Below, one piece after another: positions 12,007 through 22,225 of a DNA stretch of 64,000 nucleotides (the stretch's first letter is position 1; each line of letters starts with the position of its first letter). The position numbers were made by a program, and so were the translations under genes. This DNA comes from Fimicolochytrium jonesii (lineage: Eukaryota). Location of the stretch: NCBI RefSeq assembly GCF_025526975.1, contig NW_026515668.1, positions 1,178,001 to 1,242,000 of the forward strand, read 5' to 3'. The notes beneath the pieces were generated by a model, which had not been told where the DNA came from, did not search any database, and worked only from the letters and a program-made list of their open reading frames with translations.

Positions 12007-12921
12007 TGTAACGGGAACATACACATTTTGGCTTAGTGGTTAAGACACCTGGCTCTCACCCAGGTGGTGTGGGTTCGATTCCTACCTTCCCCAAACATTT
12101 TCTCTTCTTTCTGTGACTGTACCACCTCTCCAGGGCGTTCCGAGCGATCGGGACGATTCCCTAGACATGGTAGACCACAAGTCTTTTGCGGCACCATACA
12201 TATACTGTAATACCAACGACCCGGTCCTAGGTACCCCACAGGGGACCAGAGACCCGGGCTGGTACTCCACAGCAGATCAGAGACCCGGGCTGGTACTCCA
12301 ACTAAAAAGAGACCGATCCACTGGTCCATAATGCCGATACACTGGTACATATATCCGAGAGGCTGGTACAGTCAAAAGGAGGTGTAACGGGAACATACAC
12401 ATTTTTGCTTAGTGATTAAGACACCTGGCTCTCACCCAGGTGGCGTGGGTTCGATTCCTACCGTCCCCAAACATTTTTCTCTTCTTTCTGTGACTGTACC
12501 ATCTCTCCAGGGCGTTCCGAGCGATCGGGACGATTCCCTAGACATGGTAGACCAGAAGTCCTTCTTGGCACCATACATATACAGCGATACCAACGACCCG
12601 GTTCTAGGTACCCCACAGCGGACCAGAGACACGGGCTGGTACTCCACAGCAGACCAGAGACCCGGGCAGGTACTCCAACCAAAATAAGACCGATCCACTG
12701 GTCCATAATACCGATACACTGGTACATATATCCGAGAGGCTGGTACAGTCAAGGGGAGGTGTAACGGGAACATACACATTTTGGCTTAGTAGTTGAGACA
12801 CCTGGCTCTCACCCAGGTGGCGTGGGTTCGATTCCTACTTTCCCCAAACATTTTTCTCTTCTTTCTGTGACTGTACCACCTCTCCAGGGCGTTCCGAGCG
12901 ATCGGGACGATTCCCTTGACA
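12007..12921 (+). mobile_element. Tandem TRIM (LTR-internal-LTR-internal-LTR), non-coding, with tRNA-like LTRs
   Basis: LTRs of about 161 bp at 12007-12167, 12383-12544 and 12760-12921 (TGTAACGGGAA...TTCCCTAGACA); TGGTAGACCA PBS after LTRs 1 and 2; PPT AAAAGGAGG or AAGGGGAGG before LTRs 2 and 3; flanked by CCTTGA on both sides. Confidence 0.92.
12029..12086 (+). promoter_or_regulatory. tRNA-Glu(CTC)-derived Pol III internal promoter (A and B boxes) in TRIM LTR 1; copies at about 12405-12462 and 12782-12839
   Basis: A box TGGCTTAGTGG at 12029-12039; anticodon arm CCTGG-CTCTCAC-CCAGG; B box GGTTCGATTCC at 12072-12082; no proper acceptor stem. Confidence 0.8.
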
Positions 12922-15900
12922 CCTTGACCTCATGCGCTTATGGCACAACAATGGGTTCCCAGCGCTTCAATTCGAGGCTGTCGCAACCGTACTAACTTTC
13001 CGAGCTAAACCTATCACCCGCCAATGGCAACAACCCAGCGCTTGCGCGGCCCGGTTACTCCAACCTCATACGGGGCCTCACGCCCGCCGTTTCTACCCAA
13101 GGCGCGCAGCCTTAAATGAGGAGGGATTCCTCATGGTCAAACAATTCAAGCCAGCGATCAAGAGGGATAAGACCACCGAGGTCTATACCGCATGGGTCTC
13201 ACGCACGGACACGGAGGTGGAACTGGCCACAGACGACGCCCTCGCGGACGTCGCCGAAGCCGAGGCTAACTTTGTTCGCACGGTCAAGGCAGAGAAACGT
13301 GCAGTCCTTGCGGACCAAAGGGCAACGGCCACTCCGGATACCACCCTGGAGGATCCACTCGCGTCGGTCGCCGCCGACCACTCTCTTCGCCCCACGTTGG
13401 AACAGTTTACAGATACCCTCTTCACCGAACAGACCGGCCTCCCGCCGGACCGCGGCGACGACAACTCCAGCATCAATCTGAAGCCCGGCTCCAAGCCTGT
13501 CATGCTCCCACTCCGCCACTTGGCCCTAGATGAACTCAACAAGCTACGGCAGCAACTTGAGCGCCTATCAACCCGCAGGTGGATCTCCCACGTTAAGAGC
13601 CCCTGGGGGGCACCCGTACTGTTTGCCCCAAAGAAGGATGGTGGCCTCCGCTGCTGCATCGACTACCGGGCCCTCAACAAGATGACCCATAAGGACGCCA
13701 CGCCCCTCCCGAACCTCAACGAGCTTCCGGACCGCCTCGTCGGCATGAAGGTCTTCACCGCTATCGACATCCGCGATGCCTACCACTGTATCCTCATTCG
13801 GGAGGAAGACCGTGAGAAGACTGCCTTCCGGACGCGCTTCGGCCACTTCCAGTACAACGTATTACCCTTCAGGGTGATGAACGCGCCCGCGATATGCCTC
13901 ACGAACAAACTCCTGGGTGACAAGTACGATTCATACCTCATCGCTTACCTTGATGACATCCTTATTTTCAGCCCCGACATGGACTCACACATCGGGCATG
14001 TCACCAAAGTGCTCATCACCCTCTCGGCACACCGCCTTCACGTGAAACCGTCCAAATGTCAGTGGGCAGTGGACCAGGTCGAGTTCTGCGGGCCCATGGT
14101 CGGTAAGGACGGCCTTTCCATCGCCACGTCCAAGGTCAAGGCTGTCGGCGCTCGACCCAAACCCACCAGCGCCCTTGAGCTCCTCTCCTTCATGGGGCTA
14201 GTCAACTATGTCAAGGAATACATTCCGCATTATGCTGACACAGCCCTCCCGCTGACCAACCTTCAATCCGGCACCCGCCCGTGGCAGTGGGGCGCCGAGG
14301 AACAAGCAGCCTTCGACACCATCAAGGCGCGCATTGCCGATGCCACTTGCCTGGCGTTCTTCGACCCCGATAAGTTCCCCTACGTCTTCTCCGACGCATC
14401 GGGCTTCGCCGTAGGGTGCTGGATCGGTCAGGGCACGGACGGCAACTTTGCCATGCCCAACCCACTGCCCACCACAAAAAAGGGCCTCAATACCCTTCAG
14501 CGCCCCCGCGTCATCTCATATTACTCACGCAAAATGGCTCCGGCCGAAACCCGATACCCCGTGCACGAACAGGAGCTCCTTGCGTTGGTCAAAGTGATCC
14601 GCGCTAACCGCCATGACCTCATCGGTCGCCATCTCCGTGCATTCGTCGACCACGAATCCCTCATATACCTCCAGAATCAGCCTCATCTCGCACGGCGCCA
14701 GGCCGGATGGGGTGGAGTTCCTTCAGGACTACGACTTCACTATCGAATACCTCCCCGGCGAGTTCAATCACATTGCCAACATACTTAACCGCACACGGCC
14801 GTACGCCCCGAAGTGCGCCAGCTGTCAGATGAAGGTCAAAGTGTTCTCCATTGTCAGGGGGACACTTATACCGGACATCACCGGCCGCCTCCCTTCCAAC
14901 GCCGAGTGGCTCACTGCGCTCGACGATGACAAGTTCTGCAAGGACACCCTCGCCCACCTGCAGACCACCGCGACGAACCCCGATGACCCCTCTACCCTTT
15001 GCCCGCCGTCTCACGCGCGACGACCGCGGCTTCCTTTTGTACCATGACCGCCGCTACGTCCCCGAGGGTCTTTGGGGCCCCCTCCTCAGGTTCTATCATG
15101 ACTCCCTGGCCAACGGCGGCCACTCGGGTTTCCAGCGCACCGTCGCCAAACTCCTCGCGCTCTACTACTGGCCCCGCCTCGAGCGCGAGGTCCACCAGTA
15201 CGTCCGGACTTGTCCCGACTGCCAATGCAACAAGCAGGCTTCCAACTTCGGGCTCCTACGCAGCATTCCGGTCCCCGACAAGCGCTGGCATCGCATCGGC
15301 CTGGACATCTACTTCCCCACAACAAACTCTAAGGGGGGAGAAGCGGGAGACGAGTCCGTCATGGACAAGGGAGCCGTCCTCATCCTGGTGGACTACTTAT
15401 CCAGCCGCGTAATCTTCCTTGAGACCCACGCCAAGGCGACGGCAAAGGAACTCGCCCAGCTGTTCTTCGACCAGGCCTTCCGCATCACGGGCATGCCCCA
15501 CACGATCATCAGCGATTGGGACACCACATGGACCGGCGCCTTTTGGAAGCACCTCCTGAAGTGCGCCGGCGTAGAGCAGGAACTCTCATCGACACGACAC
15601 CAAGAGACCGACGGCAAGACGGAGAACGTCATCAAGACAATCAAGAAGATGGTGGTCCCCTACCTGAACTACACCGGCTCGAACTGGCGCGCGATGCTTC
15701 CCCTCCTTGAGCACAACTACAACAGGACGCCCCAGACCTCCACAGGCATGTCCCCGTACGTTATCGACATCGGGTACATCCCGAAGGTACCAGACCAATG
15801 GGGTACCAGCGACCCAACAGAGCAACTGAAACAGGCCGATCAAAAATGCATTGAGGAGCGCATGCAGCAACTGACAGAGGTGAGCCGCATCGTTCAGCAC

Positions 15901-16549
15901 AGACTCCAAGAGGCCCAGGACAGGCAGACAAGATACTACAACAGGAACAAGAATACGGATGCGTTTGTAGTAGACGACCAGGCCCTGCTGAACCGCAAAG
16001 GGATCCAGATCAAGACTATCTCGGCCCGAAACAAGAAGCTGTCCGCGCTGTGGACCAGGCCCTTCACCGTCAGCAGAAAAGGGCCCCACCCGGACACCTA
16101 CGAGCTGGAGCTCCCCCACGAGTTCAGTGGACTACACCCGGTGTTCCACGTCAACATCCTACGCAGGTACAACCCTCCGGAGAACGGCCCATACCGAAAA
16201 GTGGATGCGCCACCCCCCCCCCCCCCCCCCCCGGAGGAAGTCAACCGCGAACTCGAACCCCGAGTTGAAGACATCCTCGATTCCCAGTGGGTACGCAACA
16301 CCGAGATGTTCCTGGTCAAATGGGCCGGCTACGACGTGTCCCAGAACACCAGGGAGCCACTCCGTCACGTCAGTGACACCTCGGCCCACAAGCAATATGG
16401 CCGAAAGCAAGCCGCCAAGCGCCAGGAGACTCGGGAGACAAAGGCGAAGGAGAGAGCGGCAGTCTCTCATCGCCGTAAACGTATCTGAAACTTGTACATA
16501 CATCAAAACGGAGTTTCCACTGTCCGAAATGATCATTACCATTACAGAC

Positions 16550-16858
16550 CCATGCGGGCGGGTACTAGTACCAAGGCCTATGATGCGGGCGGGTACGTAG
16601 TACCAAGACCTAAGATGCTGGCGGGTACGAGGTACCAGGGCCTATGCGAGTGGGCAAGCGAGGTGTCAGGGCTCATGCAGGCGGGTATGCAATGCCAAGG
16701 CCTAAGACGCGGGCGGGTACGAGGTACCAGGGCCTATGCGAGCGGGCAAGCGAGGTGCCAGGGCTCATGCAGGCGGGTATGCAATACCAAGGCCTAAGAT
16801 GCGGGCGGGTACGAGGTACCAGGGCCTATGCAAGCGGGTGCGAGGCACCAGGGCTCAG
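16550..16858 (+). repeat. GC-rich tandem repeat in the family C 3' region (about 30-bp unit, 92-bp higher-order unit)
   Basis: ATGCGGGCGGGTACGAGGTACCAGGGCCT-like units; CCTAAGA recurs at about 16609, 16701 and 16793. Confidence 0.85.
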
Positions 16859-16945
16859 AACGATCGGTGAAGTACCAAAGGGAAACGCTCCAAAGAAATC
16901 AACTTCAACAAAATATATACAAGAAAGAAGAACGACAACGCCAGG

Positions 16946-17671
16946 CTAAATACCAGCCTGTTTGGCGAAAGACCATTGGCAACGTGTACCGTGGCAGGCG
17001 GTCCCCATGCCACAACGCAACGGGACGAACTGCTTGACGTTCATCTGGCTACAGGGAACGCGTCACGTCAACGGCGGGACCTGTCGAAAATTCACGACTG
17101 TTGTACTTACGCGCGGACATGCCCCATACACTGGATGTGGTCGCAGGGGAAGACCCGCACGTCCTGGGCCATCCAAGTCGGGCCACACACAGGTGCAGGG
17201 TAGCGCCCGGCAAACGAGCGGCGCGTCACACTCCTCCCCAAAACCGTCAACGTAGCCGCACGTAAACTCACTGACGGGCATGTCGGTCTGTTGGAAAGAG
17301 ACGTGAGCGGTCAGTCACCTCATGGGAGCCAACCATAACATGGGGTTCCTTACGGTGTCATCACAGAGCGGGAGGATGCAAGGCCGGCATATAACGTGCT
17401 GGCACGCCGAGAGGAACATCTTGCGAAGGCGATACGTGTCGCAGTTCCAACAACGGGGTACTGTCTGAGTGCACCTCGGGGGTGTCCTGAGATAAGAATT
17501 GGTCAAACCACGTAAGTTCAGTCAATCGGGCAACCTCCGTGGACTCACCACTCGCTGTCGCTTGAGAGCCTTCTTTAGGCTGTCCCCTTTGGTGGGGCCC
17601 TCGCCTACTTTCTTCTTGCCCGATGACGGGCCGGCGGCGGTAGGCTTGGCAGGGGGAGCTACGCTGGCCAT
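16946..17671 (-). pseudogene. Spliced antisense gene within element C encoding an NLS and two RING-like zinc-finger motifs (1-2 frameshifts in this copy)
   Basis: ATG at 17671; GT-AG introns at 17548-17487 (or to 17465), 17353-17288 and 17110-17049; CWNC-x12-CQHVICRPC and C..CG-x12-CDHIQCMGH motifs; ATATAAAA about 100 bp upstream. Confidence 0.7.
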
Positions 17672-20600
17672 GGTAAAGAGGGGAACGGCGACGGTGAGAG
17701 GTTACGAGATGGGGAGCAAGAAATGTAAGTCCGAGGAGTGGCGTGAAGGTGCCGAGGGGACTACTGCCTTCCTTTTATATGCCACAGGGACAAGGACCAT
17801 AGCGCCCCACGACCAGCTGTGGCCAAATCATATCTACCTCATATCGGCGTGGATCTGATTGCCATCATGGTGACCACCGGTGACGCCAGCCGCTCCAGTA
17901 GAGCCATGCGCACTCCTCATGGCCGACACCTGTGTCAGCTCCACATCAAGTAACAGCGGGGAGCGACTGACAGGTGTGGTCGGTGTCGGAGTGACACTTG
18001 GCTCTAAGGGGGGTGTAATGAGGTGCTGCAGGTGTCACCTTAGTGCGGGGAAGCGCGTAGGGCATGAGATCACGTGTAGCATAGATTATATTGGAGTCCT
18101 ACGCTCTGGGGTGACTTCCGAGGGAACAAAAGTCTTCGGGCGGCGCCCCAGGAGGTAGAACCTCTAGAATTCTTTCAATACATCGAGCGGGGACAGAGCT
18201 AGCCTCTGGCCATGGACCTAGCATTATTACAGCCTTTCTGGCGTTTCTTTAATTACGCTGAACAATTCTCGATGAGTACCTTACCTATCCTTCGCTGGAC
18301 CAATTACGGCCCTATACCAAACGCACCGCAGTCTGTCACCATCAAGTGCGAAAGAACTTCAAGAAATTGGGAAGACGTCGAATACATCCCAAAACACAAC
18401 AACCCTTACTTTGATGTTCAACCAGATCCGGTCTATGGCAAAAGACCCGTTCGACCTGTTCGGATCATTAAACCTGTGGATACGCGTCCTCTACAAGCCG
18501 CACCTCATTATGTATCTCGATTCGCTCCAGCTTATGCTTTTCGCAATCCTCAAGTCATAGAAATGACTTCCAAGCGATTCAATAAGGCTTGGCAACGGAA
18601 CAAGCTTGAAAAAGACACGGTCTGTTGCCTCGCTCTTAACAAAATACCAGACGCTCCTCAAGAGTTTAAAGGAAATCCAGGACATCTCAAGAATATCCTA
18701 AATTAATACGTCAATACGCTTTTCAAGGAACCGGAAGATCTACCCCCTGATCGCGGAGAAGATAATTTCAAGATCGAACTCACTGAAGGCGCTGAACCCG
18801 TTTGGCAACCTCTTCGGCACATGAACAAAGAAGAACTCGCTGAACTTAAGAAACAAATCACCTCGATGCTCGAAAAAGGATGGATACAACACTCCTCAAG
18901 TCCCTGGGGAGCTAGTGCCGTCTTTGCGAAAAAGAAAGATGGCGGATTACGCATCTGTTGGGACTACCGAGGTCTCAACGCCGTCATCAAGAAAGATCGC
19001 ACTCCTTTACCCAACATTCGTGAGATGAGGGATGGGACTTAAGGTTGTAAATGGTTTACGCTTATCGATATTCGAGAAGCATACCATCGTCTTCTTATAC
19101 GAAAACAAGATAGAGAAAAAACGGCAATACGAACTCGCTTCGGACGTTTCGAGTATTTGGTCATGCCGTTCAGGCTTACCAACGCACCTGCTGCATTTCA
19201 ACGTCTTATGAATGAGATCTTTCATAAAGATTACGACGAATTCCTTGCTACCTACCTGGACGACATTTTCATTTTCTCGAAGACCTTAGCCAAACATCGG
19301 GAACACATCGTTCATATTCTGAAGAAACTTGAAGAACACGCCCTTTTCATGAAGCCTTCAAAGTGCGTATGGGCTAAAGAAGAACTCGAATGGTGTGGAC
19401 ATATTGTCGGAAGACATGGTGTTCGCATCGCGCCCTCGAAAATCCAAGCTATCAAGGATTGGGCTACTCCAAAGTCAATAAAAGGAGTTCAAAGCTTCCT
19501 CGGGTTCACGAACGACTTCCTCGATTTCGTACAAGGTTATTCGGACATTGCTCTGCCCCTATCAAGCATTCGATCTTCAAAAGTCAAATTTCAATGGGGT
19601 CCTGAGCAGCAAGAGGCATTTCAAAAGTAAAAAGAAGCGTTGATCAATGCGCCTACGCTCGCAACAATTGATGAAACCAAGCCGATTTACATCTATACCG
19701 ACTCATCAGGCTACGCTATCGCTGGCTGGATTGGACAACCTTCTGGGGATGAAACAATCCCTACGAATCTGCCTACTCTCGTCGGACAATGGAAGAAGTT
19801 ACCTCGGCTCCGGCCTGTGGTCTTCTTCTCTACAAAGATGAAGGACGCAGAAACTTGATATCCTACGCACGAAGAGGAGCTTTTAGCTCTTGTTAAGATG
19901 TTGGTCGCTAATCGACCATATCTCATCGGTCGTTACTTCCGATGGTTTAGCGATCACAAGGGACTCGAATTCATCCAAACGCAACCCCATTTGAGCACAA
20001 GACAAGCCAATTGGGTGGAGAAGCTACAAGAGTATGATTTCAACATCCAGTATTTACCTGGACGATGGAATCATATCGCCAACATCCTCTCCCGCAATCC
20101 AGTCCATGCGCCTCGGAGTGAAGATTGTCAACGACGCCTCGACATGCATACGCAGATCAGCAACATGCTTGTCAACGAACCTTCCTCCAATGCTACGACA
20201 GACCATCCACAAAGCTCACCTACCTGCTCAGAAGAAGAATGGAAAAAAGCGTTACGCGAAGATCCATATTCGGATTATCTCGATGAAATTTCTCGAAAGC
20301 CTCAACACGAGAAAACTTCGAAAGAACTCCGTTATACGTTCGAAAATGGATTATTACGACACGAAGGACGTCTATACGTTCCTGAAGACATTCGCCCGAA
20401 GATTTTGCGGAAATTCCATGACGAACACGCCACCGGAGGACATCTCGGTGTTAAGAAGACTCTTGCGAGAATTCTTACGGATTATTACTGGCCTACCGTA
20501 CGCTCTGACGTCATCAAATACGTTGGAACTTGCAAATCCTGTCGACAATTCAAACCTGGTCATTGTCGATACGGATTTCTTCGACCTCTTCCTATACCTT

Positions 20601-21950
20601 TTGGAAGATGGCACACGATCGGATTTGATATTTTTGAACTAGATGAAACAAACTCTTGTCTCGTCTGCGTTGATTACCCTTCCGGACATGTGATTCTGAC
20701 ACCGATCAAGAAGACAATCACTGGACGCGAACTAGCCCAAGTCTTTCTAGATCATGTTTGGAAACATGTCGGTACGCCAAAAGTCTTCGTTACGGATCGC
20801 AAACCTCGCGCACTTTCTGACTTCTTCCTCGCATTTGATATTCTCCTCGGTGTAAAACACGAATTCGCTACGGCTCGTCATCAGCAAACTGACGGCAAAG
20901 TAGAGCAAGCCATCCAAACCCTGAAAAGGATTTGGAAGCAATACCTCAACTATGACAAAAGCAATTGGTAGAAACTATTGCCTTTAATCCAATTCGCATA
21001 CAATACCGCTCCGAGGGAGGACTATGAAGGTTTATCGCCATTCGAAGTGGATGTCGGACGCTCTCCAATCCTCCCGGGTTGGAATCCAACACTTGAAGGA
21101 CAAGAACCCAAACTTCAAGCTGTAGATCGAAACGAAATTGAACTCTTCAAGAAAAGGCAGGAAGGCATCGCCCGTATCGTACACGAAAACCTTCAGAGGT
21201 CGCAAGATCAATTCGCACGTCAACACGACAAAGGTCGAACGCCAATCGCATACAAAATTGGCGACCTCGTCGATCTGAATCGACAAGGAATCAACCCAGA
21301 AGTAGACGCACAAACGGGACTTCGATACTCAGCTACGTGGATCGGACCATTCAAAATCATCGCGCAGGGAGCACATCCTGACACCTACAAACTCGATTTA
21401 TCACCATCGAAGATCAGCGGCATCTGGCCCGTCTTTCACGTCGATATTTTACGACCACATCGCGAAGAGCAATATCCGCAACGTGCAGTTCCACAACCTC
21501 CTTCACCAATCGAAGAACACGGACAACCTGAATGGGTTGTAGAAGACATTATCGACGAGCGACGCGCCGTACGAAATCTTCTAGTCAAATGGCTTGGTTA
21601 TCCTGATCCTCCTTGGGAACCCGAATCCCCACTTCGCTACACGCCTGCCTACAAACAATGGCGAAAAGCTCACCCACAATCTTTGTGGATACGGAGATGA
21701 ACAGCATAAAGCATCTCATATCACATCACGTGCGGCGACGCAAGAACCGACCTTACACACACACATCACACACGACGTCGGCTTAGGGACGCCTTTGCCT
21801 CAAACACACACACATCACGCAGTGCGTCAACACTATAAAATGAACAAGTGCGTCAACACTTTAAAATGAACATGAGCTCTCCCTTTCTTCACATATCGCT
21901 CGTAGTTCACCTCTTATTTATTCGGCGCCCTCCTCAGGATCTGAGGGAGG

Positions 21951-22225
21951 TGTCGGGGATATCTCATCTTCACTTGTATTTCACATTATATCTCTTTACT
22001 TCTACTTGATCCGAGACCCGGGCTGGCCACCCGAGCTCTTGGTGATACAATACATAAGGCGCCAAGCCTCACTGAAGCCGCGCAAGCCCCACTGGCAGCC
22101 CATATATAAAGCTGTCAGTCGAGCGGCCGCTGCGAAGAGCTTCTTACTTTTTTCTTCACTACAATAGACTGCTCTCAGCCCTCTCGGGAGGGCCCAATAT
22201 CGTCTACGTTTCCTCTGACGTTACA
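21951..22225 (+). repeat. Family B LTR (about 275 bp); other copies at 37700-37974 (+), 40835-41109 (-) and 45586-45859 (-)
   Basis: TGTCGGGGATAT...CTGACGTTACA in four near-identical copies. Confidence 0.95.

Larger units (their letters stand above)
11573..16488 (+). pseudogene. pol: Family C pol (PR-RT-RH-IN-chromodomain), interrupted by the TRIM and by frameshifts
   Basis: ORFs 11705-12043, 12932-14788, 14613-15047 and 14851-16488. Removing the TRIM and one TSD copy joins YILDL to DLMRLW in frame. Confidence 0.9.
9815..18231 (+). mobile_element. Family C chromovirus, full length with both LTRs and a 5-bp TSD
   Basis: 218-bp LTRs at 9815-10032 and 18014-18231 (TGTAATG...ATTACA); TSD GCCTT at 9810-9814 and 18232-18236; PBS TGGTAGTACCAC; PPT AAGGGGGG; gag about 10072-11594; protease LIDTGC; RT YLDD; integrase and chromodomain end at 16488. 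Confidence 0.95.
9382..22225 (+). mobile_element. Family B chromovirus copy 1 (5' end displaced by family A; interrupted by element C at 9815-18231)
   Basis: Gag fragment 9382-9660 matches the gag at 38069 and 45491; pol resumes at 18232 (RT YLDD, RNase H, integrase, chromodomain EWVVEDII...LVKWLGY); several stops; 3' LTR 21951-22225 after PPT GAGGGAGG. Confidence 0.9.

Noticed and set aside
12271..12279. AGCAGATCA in the TRIM matching the family A self-primer
   Set aside because: Only 9 nt and not conserved in the second internal unit; likely chance.
12029..12860. Three functional tRNA-Glu genes
   Set aside because: No acceptor stem, A boxes mutated in copies 2 and 3, and all embedded in LTRs; treated as tRNA-derived promoters.
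12007..12921. CRISPR-like array
   Set aside because: The 376-bp units have near-identical 'spacers', there are no cas genes, and the context is eukaryotic.
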